Shown piece after piece: positions 47,882 to 57,603 of a stretch of 64,000 nucleotides of DNA. Location: positions 1 through 64,000 of IMG/VR virus record IMGVR_UViG_3300048121_001678, one strand, 5' to 3'. Both the position numbers and the translations under genes were made by a program. How positions within the stretch are numbered: position 1 is the first letter of the stretch; each line of letters opens with the position of its first letter. The notes under the pieces were generated by a model. The model did not search any database. It was given only the letters and a program-made list of their open reading frames with translations, and was not told where the DNA came from.

Positions 47882-48061
47882 TTAATTGTTTAAAATTCCT
47901 TTACCTAAAATCAACGGTGAACCATCTTTATGATTGAATACACGAAAATGATTCTCACGCTCAATTACTATCGGTGTTACTTTTTCAAATGTTTTTTTGT
48001 AATGCTTCATTACATAGTCAACAACTTTCTGTTCGGTTTCTTTTTGCAATTCTTTTTCCAT
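47882..48061 (-). CDS. Hypothetical 59-aa protein (not in ORF track)
   Basis: Translated by hand, MEKELQKETEQKVVDYVMKHYKK...DGSPLILGKGILNN. Confidence 0.6.
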   Translation of the reverse strand: MEKELQKETEQKVVDYVMKHYKKTFEKVTPIVIERENHFRVFNHKDGSPLILGKGILNN

Positions 48062-48149
48062 TTCTTTTTTGTTTAATGTTTACAACAAAATTAAGCAAAA
48101 AAAAGGAGGGAGTCAAACTCCCTCCATAAAATTATCAAAGTTTTTTTTC

Positions 48150-50708
48150 TTAGAAATTATATCTCAAACTTGCGTTCCATGTACGACCGAAACCGAACCA
48201 TACAGAGTTAGCAGTATTAATACCTTTCCAAGTATCGTCACCATCTTCAGCGTGAATACTTGTATTAGACTCAGCGATGTATACTGTGTTCAATAAGTTG
48301 TTTACATTCAAACGTAATGTCCAATCACCCAATCTTGAAGTAACACCTAAATCAACCAATCCGTAAGAAGGTAACTTAACAGCACCTCTATTGTCAGGTG
48401 TGTAGAATTCTTCATCAACTATTGAATAGTCAGCATATAAACCATCTACTAAACGTAAACCTAAATCTACACTTGTTGATTTGACCAATTTATAATCTGC
48501 AGTGAAGTATGCTGTAGTCTGAGCCGCGTCACCCACCTTAGCACCTTTCAAGTACAACGTACCTTGACCTACTTCTTGTTGATTATCATCAAACAATGTA
48601 GCTGAGAAATCTTTTGTATATCTCCAATCACCGAATGAACCCATTGCTTTCAATCTCAACTTATCAGTTGCGTTGTAATCTGCTTCAATCTCAATACCGT
48701 TGTGACGTACATCAATGTCTCTAAACTGTGCCGTACCATCAACACCGTTAGCATTACTTAACGATACAGTTTGGAATCTATTACCCCATGTTGTTGAGTA
48801 AGCATTTACGTTAATACGTAAATCTCTTGTGTTATAACCATAGCCTGCTTCGAAAGAAATAATCTCTTCGTTTTCTAAGTCTTCGTTGATGTTATTCGCA
48901 TATGATGGGAACACAGCACCAAACTGAGCCTGACGAGATATGTACCCAGCATTCATGAAGAAGTTAGATACGTCAGTAGCATTGTAGTTAGCACCACCTT
49001 TTAGGTAACCACCTAACAAGTTAGCCGTCTCAGAGATAGCGTTACCCGGTTGGTCAAAGTAGTCCTCACGTTGGAACGATTGATTAGAAAGACCACCTTG
49101 AAGTACTACGTTGTACGTGTTGTCAGAGTTATACTCCACAAGACCGTTAAGACCTTGCCACCCAACATTACCTACGTTGTAGTAATCAATCTTAGGTCCA
49201 TTCAATCCAGTCGATGTAAATGGTGTTGCAGCAATTGTGGTTTCAATAATCTGACCACCTGAATTTCTATTACCCGTTGAATAATATCCGTCAAGACCCA
49301 TCAAGTTGTTTACTGTACGGTAGTGGAAACCTTTATAGGTTCTCAAGTCAACACCAATAGATGTTCTGAAGTTACCGAACTGTCCTTCTAAATTAGAGAT
49401 ACCACCAACCCAGTTGTGTGAGTTCATAGACGCTCTACGAATTAATACCTCACGGTTTACATTACTATCACGGAATCCATTAGAACCAATCAACGCCCCA
49501 TCAAATCCTGAGATATCACCTGTATACCCGTCAGTAGTTGATTGGTTGTTAGCAACAACCGCATCATAATCAATAGTACCATCCTCATTACGTGAACCTC
49601 TACCATTTTCCATATAGTGTTCGTATAAGTCCTTACGGAAAGGAAGAATATCAGCCTCAGCGGAACGATAGTTGTTACCACGAGGACCAGTACCACCACC
49701 ACGTCCAGCAGAACCGTACAATGATGTAACCAATTTCAAGTTAGAATTGATTTTCCAATCCCAGTTGAAAGTAGCCAATGGTTTGTTGTAGAAGTTTCTT
49801 CTCATTGAGAATTCTTCACCACCCAACGTACCACCGTTTGTGTTCCAACGACGGTTGATTTCACCACCGTCACCTTTGAATCCATTGTCATCAGTAAAGT
49901 ATTGGTAGTCACGAATACTTACCCACACATCACGTTGGTGGTGCCATTGTCCAGCACCTAAGAACGTAAAGTTCAAACTATGGTCAGAACCCTCAGGGGC
50001 ATAACCGATAGCAGCAAAATAGTTATAACCCTCACCTGATGTGTTGTTAATATAACCATTACCCATCCATCTACTTAAAAGGAATGACGTTGCCCATCCT
50101 TTATCGTTTTTACCTGAGTTGTAAACTGCAGATGTCTTGAAGTAACCATCGTTACCTACCATCTGCGATAAAGAACCACCTTCTTTTTTGTCAGCAGCCT
50201 TTGTAAAAATAGATACCGTACCACCTACAGATGGGACAGCCAATTTAGACGCACCCAAACCTCTTTGGATTTGAATACCTGAAGCCACATCAGTCAAACC
50301 TTGCCAGTTCGACCAATATAGTCTACCATTTTCCATATCATTAACAGGTTGACCGTTGATAAGGAAAGATGTGTTAGTTTGGTCGAAACCACGTAATGAT
50401 ATACGTGAATCACCATAACCACCACCTTGCTTAGTAGCGTAAACACCAGGAGTGGTGTTCATAATCTCAGGGAACTCTAAGTTACCTGTCTTCAAAGAAA
50501 TCTCTGATGGAGAAATCGTTGATACTGCAATTGGTGTCTCGCGAACCTTTGCAATGTCAATCACCCCTGACGTAACAACAACTTCATCCAAAGTTTCGAA
50601 GTTGAATAGGGAATCTACAGACTCAAGTTTTTCGGCTTCTTGAGCAAAAGCACTATTCACTGTTAATAATGCTCCAGTGATGAAAGCCAATAAATTCAAT
50701 TTTTTCAT
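48150..50708 (-). CDS. TonB-dependent outer-membrane receptor (Bacteroidota type)
   Basis: Signal peptide, TonB-box-like LDEVVVTS, plug TPGVY...ISLRGF...INGQPVND and C-terminal NVNNLLN...GRTWNASLRYNF. Confidence 0.93.
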   Translation of the reverse strand: MKKLNLLAFITGALLTVNSAFAQEAEKLESVDSLFNFETLDEVVVTSGVIDIAKVRETPIAVSTISPSEISLKTGNLEFPEIMNTTPGVYATKQGGGYGDSRISLRGFDQTNTSFLINGQPVNDMENGRLYWSNWQGLTDVASGIQIQRGLGASKLAVPSVGGTVSIFTKAADKKEGGSLSQMVGNDGYFKTSAVYNSGKNDKGWATSFLLSRWMGNGYINNTSGEGYNYFAAIGYAPEGSDHSLNFTFLGAGQWHHQRDVWVSIRDYQYFTDDNGFKGDGGEINRRWNTNGGTLGGEEFSMRRNFYNKPLATFNWDWKINSNLKLVTSLYGSAGRGGGTGPRGNNYRSAEADILPFRKDLYEHYMENGRGSRNEDGTIDYDAVVANNQSTTDGYTGDISGFDGALIGSNGFRDSNVNREVLIRRASMNSHNWVGGISNLEGQFGNFRTSIGVDLRTYKGFHYRTVNNLMGLDGYYSTGNRNSGGQIIETTIAATPFTSTGLNGPKIDYYNVGNVGWQGLNGLVEYNSDNTYNVVLQGGLSNQSFQREDYFDQPGNAISETANLLGGYLKGGANYNATDVSNFFMNAGYISRQAQFGAVFPSYANNINEDLENEEIISFEAGYGYNTRDLRINVNAYSTTWGNRFQTVSLSNANGVDGTAQFRDIDVRHNGIEIEADYNATDKLRLKAMGSFGDWRYTKDFSATLFDDNQQEVGQGTLYLKGAKVGDAAQTTAYFTADYKLVKSTSVDLGLRLVDGLYADYSIVDEEFYTPDNRGAVKLPSYGLVDLGVTSRLGDWTLRLNVNNLLNTVYIAESNTSIHAEDGDDTWKGINTANSVWFGFGRTWNASLRYNF

Positions 50709-50735
50709 TTTAAATTATTTTGAATTATTTATTAT

Positions 50736-50763
50736 AAAAAAAACCGAAGTGTGTACTCCGGTT
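50736..50763 (-). terminator. Intrinsic terminator immediately upstream of the TonB receptor ATG
   Basis: Minus-strand AACCGGAG-UACACA-CUUCGGUU stem plus U-tract, under 30 nt before the start codon. Confidence 0.65.
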
Positions 50764-50827
50764 CTTATTATACAAGTTAATTACCTCATACATTGATGAG
50801 GTTCCATTGGTTAGGGTATTAATCGTT

Positions 50828-50944
50828 TTACCTTCCTTGACCACGATATTTGTTTTTGTTAATAGACATGTCATTCTTAGAATTAATTCCATGACGAGAG
50901 TTTTGTGTGTTATGTATTGTTTCAACGGAATTAAATTTTACCAT
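50828..50944 (-). CDS. 38-aa basic micro-protein ending YRGQGR
   Basis: TATATTTG promoter at 50970-50977 precedes this ATG; the KYRGQGR C-terminus is typical of small phage proteins. Confidence 0.6.
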   Translation of the reverse strand: MVKFNSVETIHNTQNSRHGINSKNDMSINKNKYRGQGR

Positions 50945-51005
50945 TTTTATTTGTCTTATCTTAACACTACAAATATATACAAATAAGTTAGACAAATACA
51001 ACCCT

Positions 51006-52667
51006 TTAGAAAAAAAAGTCAAAAATATCATCTTTTACGTCCTCAGTGTTATCCCAGACCAATCTTTTTTTGTTCCAATAAGATTGTCTTTGTATTATTT
51101 TACCATTTGGAAACTCTTTTTTCATCTTAGGTAGTTCAATTACCCTCAACTCACTTAACCTCTTTATACGGTTATTCATCTCTTCTAAAACGTAGTTCCA
51201 ATTAGAACTTAAGGTATTATTGAAACGACCTAATGATTGTACATTTAATGGTTCACTCCCTTTGAAATATTTATACTCTACTGTCGCTCTTTCTTTACCA
51301 TGTACACTACCTTCACGAATTGACACAATAAAACAATTAGATTGTTCAATATACGTTCTTACACAGTTTTTTTGATGACTACTTTCTTCGTTGTACTGTT
51401 CAGTAGTTGTTAACAACACGGGATAGTAATCTAAATGTGGTCCAATGATTGGTAACTGAATCTCATTAACCATCATTTTAGAGTATTTTCTTTTAATCTT
51501 ACCTTTCCTATAACTCTCTAATAAAATAACCCACTCATTGTGTTCATTATCAAATTGTGACTTTGTTCTCGCTCTAAACTTTACATTCACATCATACTTT
51601 AACAAATCTCTTTTGAACCTAAGATGGTCATTAATTATTGAAACCAATGCATCTTCTACTTTTATGATATCACTACTTTCAGTTTTACTACCATAGTCAT
51701 TGATGAAGTCGACTAAACACCTTTTCTCTATATTTGATAGCTCAACTTCATGTATATGTGGGTTTTGTCTTGAAACATCATTTTCTTTATCATGTATTAA
51801 CTCAAGACTCAACATATTAAAAAAATCGACACCGAGTAACTCATAAAAGAAACTAAGTCCATAAAAGTTCACATTATTAGATGAATTCAACATCTTACGA
51901 ATTTTTTTACCTTTATATCCCTTATCTTTCATAAACGCGTCAACCACTGAGTCTGCCTTCTTTAATAATGACTTTTTAATCGATATCGGTAAGAACTTAC
52001 CAGGATTATTAGGTAACTTAAAGTTATTAGATATATAATAATATCTAAAATATTCATCAACCACTGTACTCACATCCCCAACCACTTTACCAATTCCTAA
52101 AGTATCATTAAAAACATCAATAGCATCCCAAAATATTTTCCAGCCGTGTTTGGTATCCATAATCATTGCGTTGTTCCCTGATAACGACACTTCGTTGACA
52201 TTATTAACTATAGAGGATAATATACCCTGAATATGACTCCAGTTATTTGTCCTAACATGTTTACCACGAATCTTTTTCTTTGATGTATTCACAGCACCAC
52301 TATAAAAGTTTCTATACTTCTTGCTGTAAGTGATATACTGTACCTGTTTAGTAGTACCAAAATACGTTGTACCCACCTTTCTACCTTTTGAAAAATTATA
52401 AATCTTGAGTGATATCGACTTTTCATTTTCCTCAACAACAACTGTAACTCTATCAATATAAATCCCTTTGGTTTTATCAGGATAATATTGTTTAAGTTCC
52501 TCTTCATTCTTAAGGACTATCTTTTGTTTCTTTCTCCAATAACTACCTTTTTTGTTTAAATTAAATGAGTAATAATCGTCTACCTCCCCATAGTCAAATT
52601 CACAGGTATCATAATAAGTCCACATCCATATGGTCTCATCTTGATATTTGTATAAAGGTGTTTTCAT
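51006..52667 (-). CDS. PcfJ-domain protein
   Basis: LTTTEQYNEESSHQKNCVRTY...IVSIR...RATVEY...QSLGRFN. Confidence 0.75.
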   Translation of the reverse strand: MKTPLYKYQDETIWMWTYYDTCEFDYGEVDDYYSFNLNKKGSYWRKKQKIVLKNEEELKQYYPDKTKGIYIDRVTVVVEENEKSISLKIYNFSKGRKVGTTYFGTTKQVQYITYSKKYRNFYSGAVNTSKKKIRGKHVRTNNWSHIQGILSSIVNNVNEVSLSGNNAMIMDTKHGWKIFWDAIDVFNDTLGIGKVVGDVSTVVDEYFRYYYISNNFKLPNNPGKFLPISIKKSLLKKADSVVDAFMKDKGYKGKKIRKMLNSSNNVNFYGLSFFYELLGVDFFNMLSLELIHDKENDVSRQNPHIHEVELSNIEKRCLVDFINDYGSKTESSDIIKVEDALVSIINDHLRFKRDLLKYDVNVKFRARTKSQFDNEHNEWVILLESYRKGKIKRKYSKMMVNEIQLPIIGPHLDYYPVLLTTTEQYNEESSHQKNCVRTYIEQSNCFIVSIREGSVHGKERATVEYKYFKGSEPLNVQSLGRFNNTLSSNWNYVLEEMNNRIKRLSELRVIELPKMKKEFPNGKIIQRQSYWNKKRLVWDNTEDVKDDIFDFFF

Positions 52668-52730
52668 ATATTTTTATTTACCTAAATAATAAGTAAAAAA
52701 AAAGAGGGAGACAACTCCCTCTTATTAACA

Positions 52731-54611
52731 TTATATTACACCACCATAGTAGTTTTTATTAGTTACCCATAGTTGGTAACCCCTTCGTAATAATTCTCGA
52801 CTAAAAGATATGTCAAAATCATCATCAGTATAAATACCATTACCTTTTTGATACACACCAATTAAGTCTGTAATTACATCACTTTTGAACATTATAATAC
52901 CTGTTATATACCCAACACTAAAAGTATCTTTAACGTCATAATTTCTAATTTTATTTTGTTGTTCTGATTCAACATTATAACCGTCTTTATCTGTCCTAAA
53001 CCAAAAATTAACCCAGTCAGTACCCTCACTGACAATCATTGGTGATATTATATTCTTACCCTCAGATATTAAATACTTTATCGAATCCCTATTTCTAAAG
53101 ACGTAGTTACAGTCTAAATTAATAACGTAGTCCACATCATATTTTAAACTTTCGAATAAAGACATATTCCTTTTTTCCGCATTGTTTAGTTTAACATAAT
53201 GTTTTTTAACACTCCTATAAAGGTCTTTGAATTTTTCAATAAACCTATCAACTTTATAGTGATGCTTATCATCATCAAAGAATATTTGTATTTCTATTTT
53301 TTCTTTTGGGTGGTTAAGGTATCTAATTTGGTCAAATACTTGGTCAATATCCGAAACATTAAAATCTAAAAATAAATTTAACAATAATGTATAATCACCA
53401 CCATCAACTTTATCCTTTACAAATATTTCATTATAAATTTCACCTAACTTATCTTTAGTAATTGAAGGTCCGTTACCATGTATTATTGACGGGAATGTTT
53501 TAGTCACTTCATTGTATACACGTCCGTCTTTTATAACAACGTCATCGGTTGCTAAGTTTAATGTTTGAAATATATTTTGGTCATGGTCTAATATCATTTC
53601 ACTATTAGTATCACCATTACCATTTCTCTTAACTAACCACCCATTATTATTATACTTAGACCAATTCTTCAACTTATAGGACGGTAAGACATCTTCAATT
53701 GTGTCACCTTTAAAATCTCCCTCATTAAAATCGACAATCAGTATCACCTCTTTAAAAGTATTAGTTAACGCCTCATATAAACTAATATTTTCATATTTTA
53801 TATCATATATAAATAACACATCAGGTTTACGAACCAAATTATCAACACTATCAACAACCTCATCGTAAATATACTTAATATTATATTCACTATTTAATGC
53901 AGTGATATACTTAAAATGCGAACCAAACAAAATACCATATCTACCGTTTAATGGATTTAAATCGCATAAAACATCTTTTACATCATATTTTTCTCTTAAA
54001 TGTTTTAATATGTCATTTTCAAATTCACCGTAATCAACATTATCAATAGTTGTTTTATCGTGATTAAGATAGTAATCAGTGTAGTAACCTTGGTCATCAT
54101 CAGACTTATTTATGTCAACATCAATCATTTTTTTTATGTGATTACCATAACCCATAAATCCACCTGAATTTAAAAACTTATACTCACCATCAACAATAGG
54201 ATATCTATCAGATAACTCCTGATTTGGCCAACAGGTCTTTTCCGCACTGAAAACCAATGGACGGTTAAACTCCCTGAACTTACGTATTATATTGTTTGGT
54301 GTATCGTTGAATATTACATCATACGAATCAGAAAATAAGATTATAGTATTCTCTAAATCATCCCATTTATTAATCTCATCCCTTAAATAGATTATCTTTT
54401 GAGCCCCACCTGGTTCTAACAACACACCATTCTCTGCACGACCACTCTCCCACTTATCACCTAAACCTAAAATAATATAAGGTATGTTGTTTTTAGTACA
54501 ACTATCCTCGAACCTATCTAAGTTTTCATTTCTGTCTGTTGCGACAGTAATAACGATGAAACGGTCAATACCGTCAGAGTATATGTTTTTAATTTTGTTG
54601 TAGATTCCCAT
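52731..54611 (-). CDS. PLOD (procollagen lysyl hydroxylase/glycosyltransferase)-like GT + accessory domains, without hydroxylase domain
   Basis: TVATD, LGLGDKW, GGAQKI, FSDSYDV, VFSAEKTCWP, FLNSGGFMG, DDDQ..YT, LDHDQNIFQ, IHGNGP, IISPMI and NFW follow the PLOD order; the protein ends before any 2OG domain. Confidence 0.85.
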   Translation of the reverse strand: MGIYNKIKNIYSDGIDRFIVITVATDRNENLDRFEDSCTKNNIPYIILGLGDKWESGRAENGVLLEPGGAQKIIYLRDEINKWDDLENTIILFSDSYDVIFNDTPNNIIRKFREFNRPLVFSAEKTCWPNQELSDRYPIVDGEYKFLNSGGFMGYGNHIKKMIDVDINKSDDDQGYYTDYYLNHDKTTIDNVDYGEFENDILKHLREKYDVKDVLCDLNPLNGRYGILFGSHFKYITALNSEYNIKYIYDEVVDSVDNLVRKPDVLFIYDIKYENISLYEALTNTFKEVILIVDFNEGDFKGDTIEDVLPSYKLKNWSKYNNNGWLVKRNGNGDTNSEMILDHDQNIFQTLNLATDDVVIKDGRVYNEVTKTFPSIIHGNGPSITKDKLGEIYNEIFVKDKVDGGDYTLLLNLFLDFNVSDIDQVFDQIRYLNHPKEKIEIQIFFDDDKHHYKVDRFIEKFKDLYRSVKKHYVKLNNAEKRNMSLFESLKYDVDYVINLDCNYVFRNRDSIKYLISEGKNIISPMIVSEGTDWVNFWFRTDKDGYNVESEQQNKIRNYDVKDTFSVGYITGIIMFKSDVITDLIGVYQKGNGIYTDDDFDISFSRELLRRGYQLWVTNKNYYGGVI

Positions 54612-54644
54612 AACGATGTTTTATGGAAAAAATAAGAATAATTT

Positions 54645-54935
54645 TTAATTAAGAAATATTTTACCGTAGGAAGTTTCAAAGTAGGGTTCAATAATTGATT
54701 TAATCTCTTCCTTTGGTTTAGGTGTAATATTATTTAAATTAATTACCACACTAATAATTTGTTTTTTAGTCAATTCAATTTCTTCACCGTTTTTGTGATT
54801 TTGAAACACCACCTTTTCTATCTCATCAAAAAACTCATCTGGGTCAGCCTTACCAATTAAATTGCTTAACTCATTTGGGTTTTCATTAAAAAACTTTTTA
54901 AAGTTACTTATATAAATTTTAACATCAACATCCAT
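54645..54935 (-). CDS. Hypothetical protein
   Basis: 96-aa ORF. Confidence 0.7.
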   Translation of the reverse strand: MDVDVKIYISNFKKFFNENPNELSNLIGKADPDEFFDEIEKVVFQNHKNGEEIELTKKQIISVVINLNNITPKPKEEIKSIIEPYFETSYGKIFLN

Positions 54936-54985
54936 AGGTGCAATATAATAAAAAACAGGACAAAAGTCCTGTTTTAATGTATTTT

Positions 54986-56299
54986 TTATTTTGAAATAAA
55001 AACACCCTGTTCTGCTAACTTCTCAACCGCTTCAGGAATTTGTAGTTGATTATTACCTTGAATGTTAATTACTTTCAAGTTCGGAAGTAACGCGACCTCT
55101 TCAGGAATTGTCTTTAAGTTTGGGTTATTAGGAATTGAAAGGAACTGTAAGTTCTCCAATTGACCAATAGACTTTGGAAGTGATTTTAATATACCTTCAA
55201 AGTGTAGAGCCATCAAGTTTTTATAATCACCCAATTCTTCAGGAATGTCTAAAGCTAAATCAGTAACAGCTTCACTTCTGTAACCTCCACTCGATTTTGT
55301 AAAATCAAAAGAACTAATATCTTTTGGTAAGCTTTGGAACAACTCATCAAACCCATATAGTGCAACATACTTAGATGCCGCATCTCTTGGGTAATCAATG
55401 TTCACCTTCTTACCGTCCATTGAAGTCATTCCTTTTGAAAACTCAGGTTTAAATGTTTCTTTTAACTCAGGGTTATCATTTAAGAACTTAACCAAATCAA
55501 TCTGACGGTCATTGATGTCCATAAACTGATTTGATGGGAAGTGGAATTGGTATCTTTCTTTTGGGAGACCCGTCTTCTCAGCACTTTCATCACTATTTTT
55601 CAAAACAACATATAATGGACCTTGTTTGATGTAGGTATTAAAATAACTTAAACCAGGTGCCGATGTACACCATCTTGTCTCTTTATTATAACCACCAAAG
55701 AAACACGCCGCATCCTTACCTAACTGTCCTTGGTCATCAATTCTAACTACTGACCATTCAGAACCTTTATATACTGGGTCAGAGCCAGGATAATCAAAAG
55801 TCTTAGCCGCCTCCTTCTTGTCTTCTTTAGTACCTTTTGTTTTCTCCAATGAGAAATCTTTTACCAACTCAAACAATGAGTCAATACCAAGTTTATTGAT
55901 GTCTCTTTTTTCTCTATCTATCTGTCTTTTGAAACGGTCAAACTTCTCTAAGTCTTCAGTAGTCTTATACAAATCCTCGAAGAACGTATTTTGCATCGAC
56001 GTAAGTTCACCCTTATAAGCTGGTGTACCATACTCGGCATTACTCTCAGCCTTCTGGTTTAACTTATTGTATTGTTTCAATAACCATTGAACGTATGTAC
56101 CCGCTTTCTTGATTTTATCCCCATCTCTACGAGTTGTAGGGTCAGCCAAAACCAACTCATCAAATTTCTCTAAAGACATTCTTGGTGGGATAACTTTATC
56201 ATCCTTTTTCTTTGGCTTAGTGAAACGGTCTTTCAAGAGCTCATATCTCCCTTGCTCTAAAATTACGTTTCTTACTATGTTACTAAACTTAATTGCCAT
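54986..56299 (-). CDS. WCT-motif (PcfJ-like) protein with C-terminal leucine-rich repeats
   Basis: AACFFGGYNKETRWCTSAP...FNTY..QGPLYVV; LRR LKSLPKSIGQLENLQFLSIPNNPNLKTIPEEVALLPNLKVINIQGN. Confidence 0.75.
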   Translation of the reverse strand: MAIKFSNIVRNVILEQGRYELLKDRFTKPKKKDDKVIPPRMSLEKFDELVLADPTTRRDGDKIKKAGTYVQWLLKQYNKLNQKAESNAEYGTPAYKGELTSMQNTFFEDLYKTTEDLEKFDRFKRQIDREKRDINKLGIDSLFELVKDFSLEKTKGTKEDKKEAAKTFDYPGSDPVYKGSEWSVVRIDDQGQLGKDAACFFGGYNKETRWCTSAPGLSYFNTYIKQGPLYVVLKNSDESAEKTGLPKERYQFHFPSNQFMDINDRQIDLVKFLNDNPELKETFKPEFSKGMTSMDGKKVNIDYPRDAASKYVALYGFDELFQSLPKDISSFDFTKSSGGYRSEAVTDLALDIPEELGDYKNLMALHFEGILKSLPKSIGQLENLQFLSIPNNPNLKTIPEEVALLPNLKVINIQGNNQLQIPEAVEKLAEQGVFISK

Positions 56300-56379
56300 A
56301 ATATTGTTTTTTACTATAAATATAGTCAGTTATTAAAAGATACTGCCTTAACACCCCACAAATATACAATAAAATTCAA

Positions 56380-57255
56380 TTAACCCACCAAAGAGTCATC
56401 AATAATATCAGTTAAAGTATAATTCATAATTAATAGTTCAGTCCCTTTTGATTGTGCCTTACCACTACTAGCACCCGCAGCCTTTGCAAAATCTTTAGTT
56501 TCCCACACATATTCGTCTTTTGGAAACCATTCACTTAATAAGTCAAAGTCATAGTAAGATAACGAGTACCTACTCTTAACCTCAGACAATACTTTGGCTA
56601 GTCTTTCATGGTCTTCTCTATCAAAATCATGATTTGAATAATAATTTTCAGTCTTCCAATAAGGTGGGTCTAAGTAAATATATGTCGTTGGTGAGTCATA
56701 CTTTTTAATTACGTCTTCAAAGTCCATATTCTCTACGTGTGTTACCGCCAAAAACTTATTAACCCACTTCTCATTTTTCAACTTATCACGGAAAGTTAGA
56801 AACTTAGATTTATACTTACCCTTTAGGTCGATAAATTTAGAGGTCTCAGGTTTACTACCACTGAATACTGAAGTAAGAATGTATGCATATTTAGCGGCAA
56901 CATCATAGTCAGGACCATTTACCTCAAATCCATCAGCAAAGATTTCACTCTGAAACTGTTCAAACTGTGTACGATAGATATCGGGTGTTGGAAACTCTCC
57001 TCTCTGTTGACAAGAAATAGACTCAACAGCCTTCAATAAATCCTTTGGTTTCTGTATACATTGAAATAAATTATAATTTAATGGATTGAAATCATTATAC
57101 ACAACCCTTTTAAGGTTTGGGAACTTCTCCATATCCATATTATAGAAACACCAAAACATACCACCGAATGTCTCAACATATGTTTCCATATCTTGTGGGT
57201 AATAATCTATAATCCATTTACCAATTCTACTTTTTCCTCCTATATAACTTAACAT
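56380..57255 (-). CDS. D12-class (Dam-like) N6-adenine DNA methyltransferase
   Basis: LSYIGGKS, YVETFGG, VYNDFN, YLDPPY and ELLIMNY. Confidence 0.9.
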   Translation of the reverse strand: MLSYIGGKSRIGKWIIDYYPQDMETYVETFGGMFWCFYNMDMEKFPNLKRVVYNDFNPLNYNLFQCIQKPKDLLKAVESISCQQRGEFPTPDIYRTQFEQFQSEIFADGFEVNGPDYDVAAKYAYILTSVFSGSKPETSKFIDLKGKYKSKFLTFRDKLKNEKWVNKFLAVTHVENMDFEDVIKKYDSPTTYIYLDPPYWKTENYYSNHDFDREDHERLAKVLSEVKSRYSLSYYDFDLLSEWFPKDEYVWETKDFAKAAGASSGKAQSKGTELLIMNYTLTDIIDDSLVG

Positions 57256-57345
57256 ATTTCTTCGTTTTAAACAAATATAGTAAATAAAATTGTAAAAGGC
57301 AAATGTTATTAATAAAAAACCCCTCCGAAGAGGGGTCTTTTTTGG

Positions 57346-57558
57346 TTACTTTTGGATTTTACTCATAACCCAGGCCTTTAATATGTCCCAGTTACGTGTA
57401 GCAAATACACCGAATGAGAAACCTGCCCAAATTTTGTATCCCATAGCCCATAAGACTAAACCGATAAGAAGACCTAAAATACCTTCAACACCGTTTGATA
57501 CAATCCAGTTTTTACATACAGCAAAAACCATTTTAATAAAGTCTAATACTTTTTTCAT
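57346..57558 (-). CDS. Small membrane protein
   Basis: 70 aa with two hydrophobic helices; TATTTAT at 57575-57581. Confidence 0.7.
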   Translation of the reverse strand: MKKVLDFIKMVFAVCKNWIVSNGVEGILGLLIGLVLWAMGYKIWAGFSFGVFATRNWDILKAWVMSKIQK

Positions 57559-57603
57559 AGTTTTTTGTTTTATTATAAATATATTAATTATGCTAAATCA
57601 CCT

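Noticed and set aside
52731-54611. Eukaryotic or giant-virus origin of the window, suggested by PLOD, collagen and LRR genes
   Set aside because: Bacterial-type promoters, intrinsic terminators, overlapping stop/start coupling, S74 chaperones, PG-binding hydrolases and a TonB receptor all indicate a bacteriophage.
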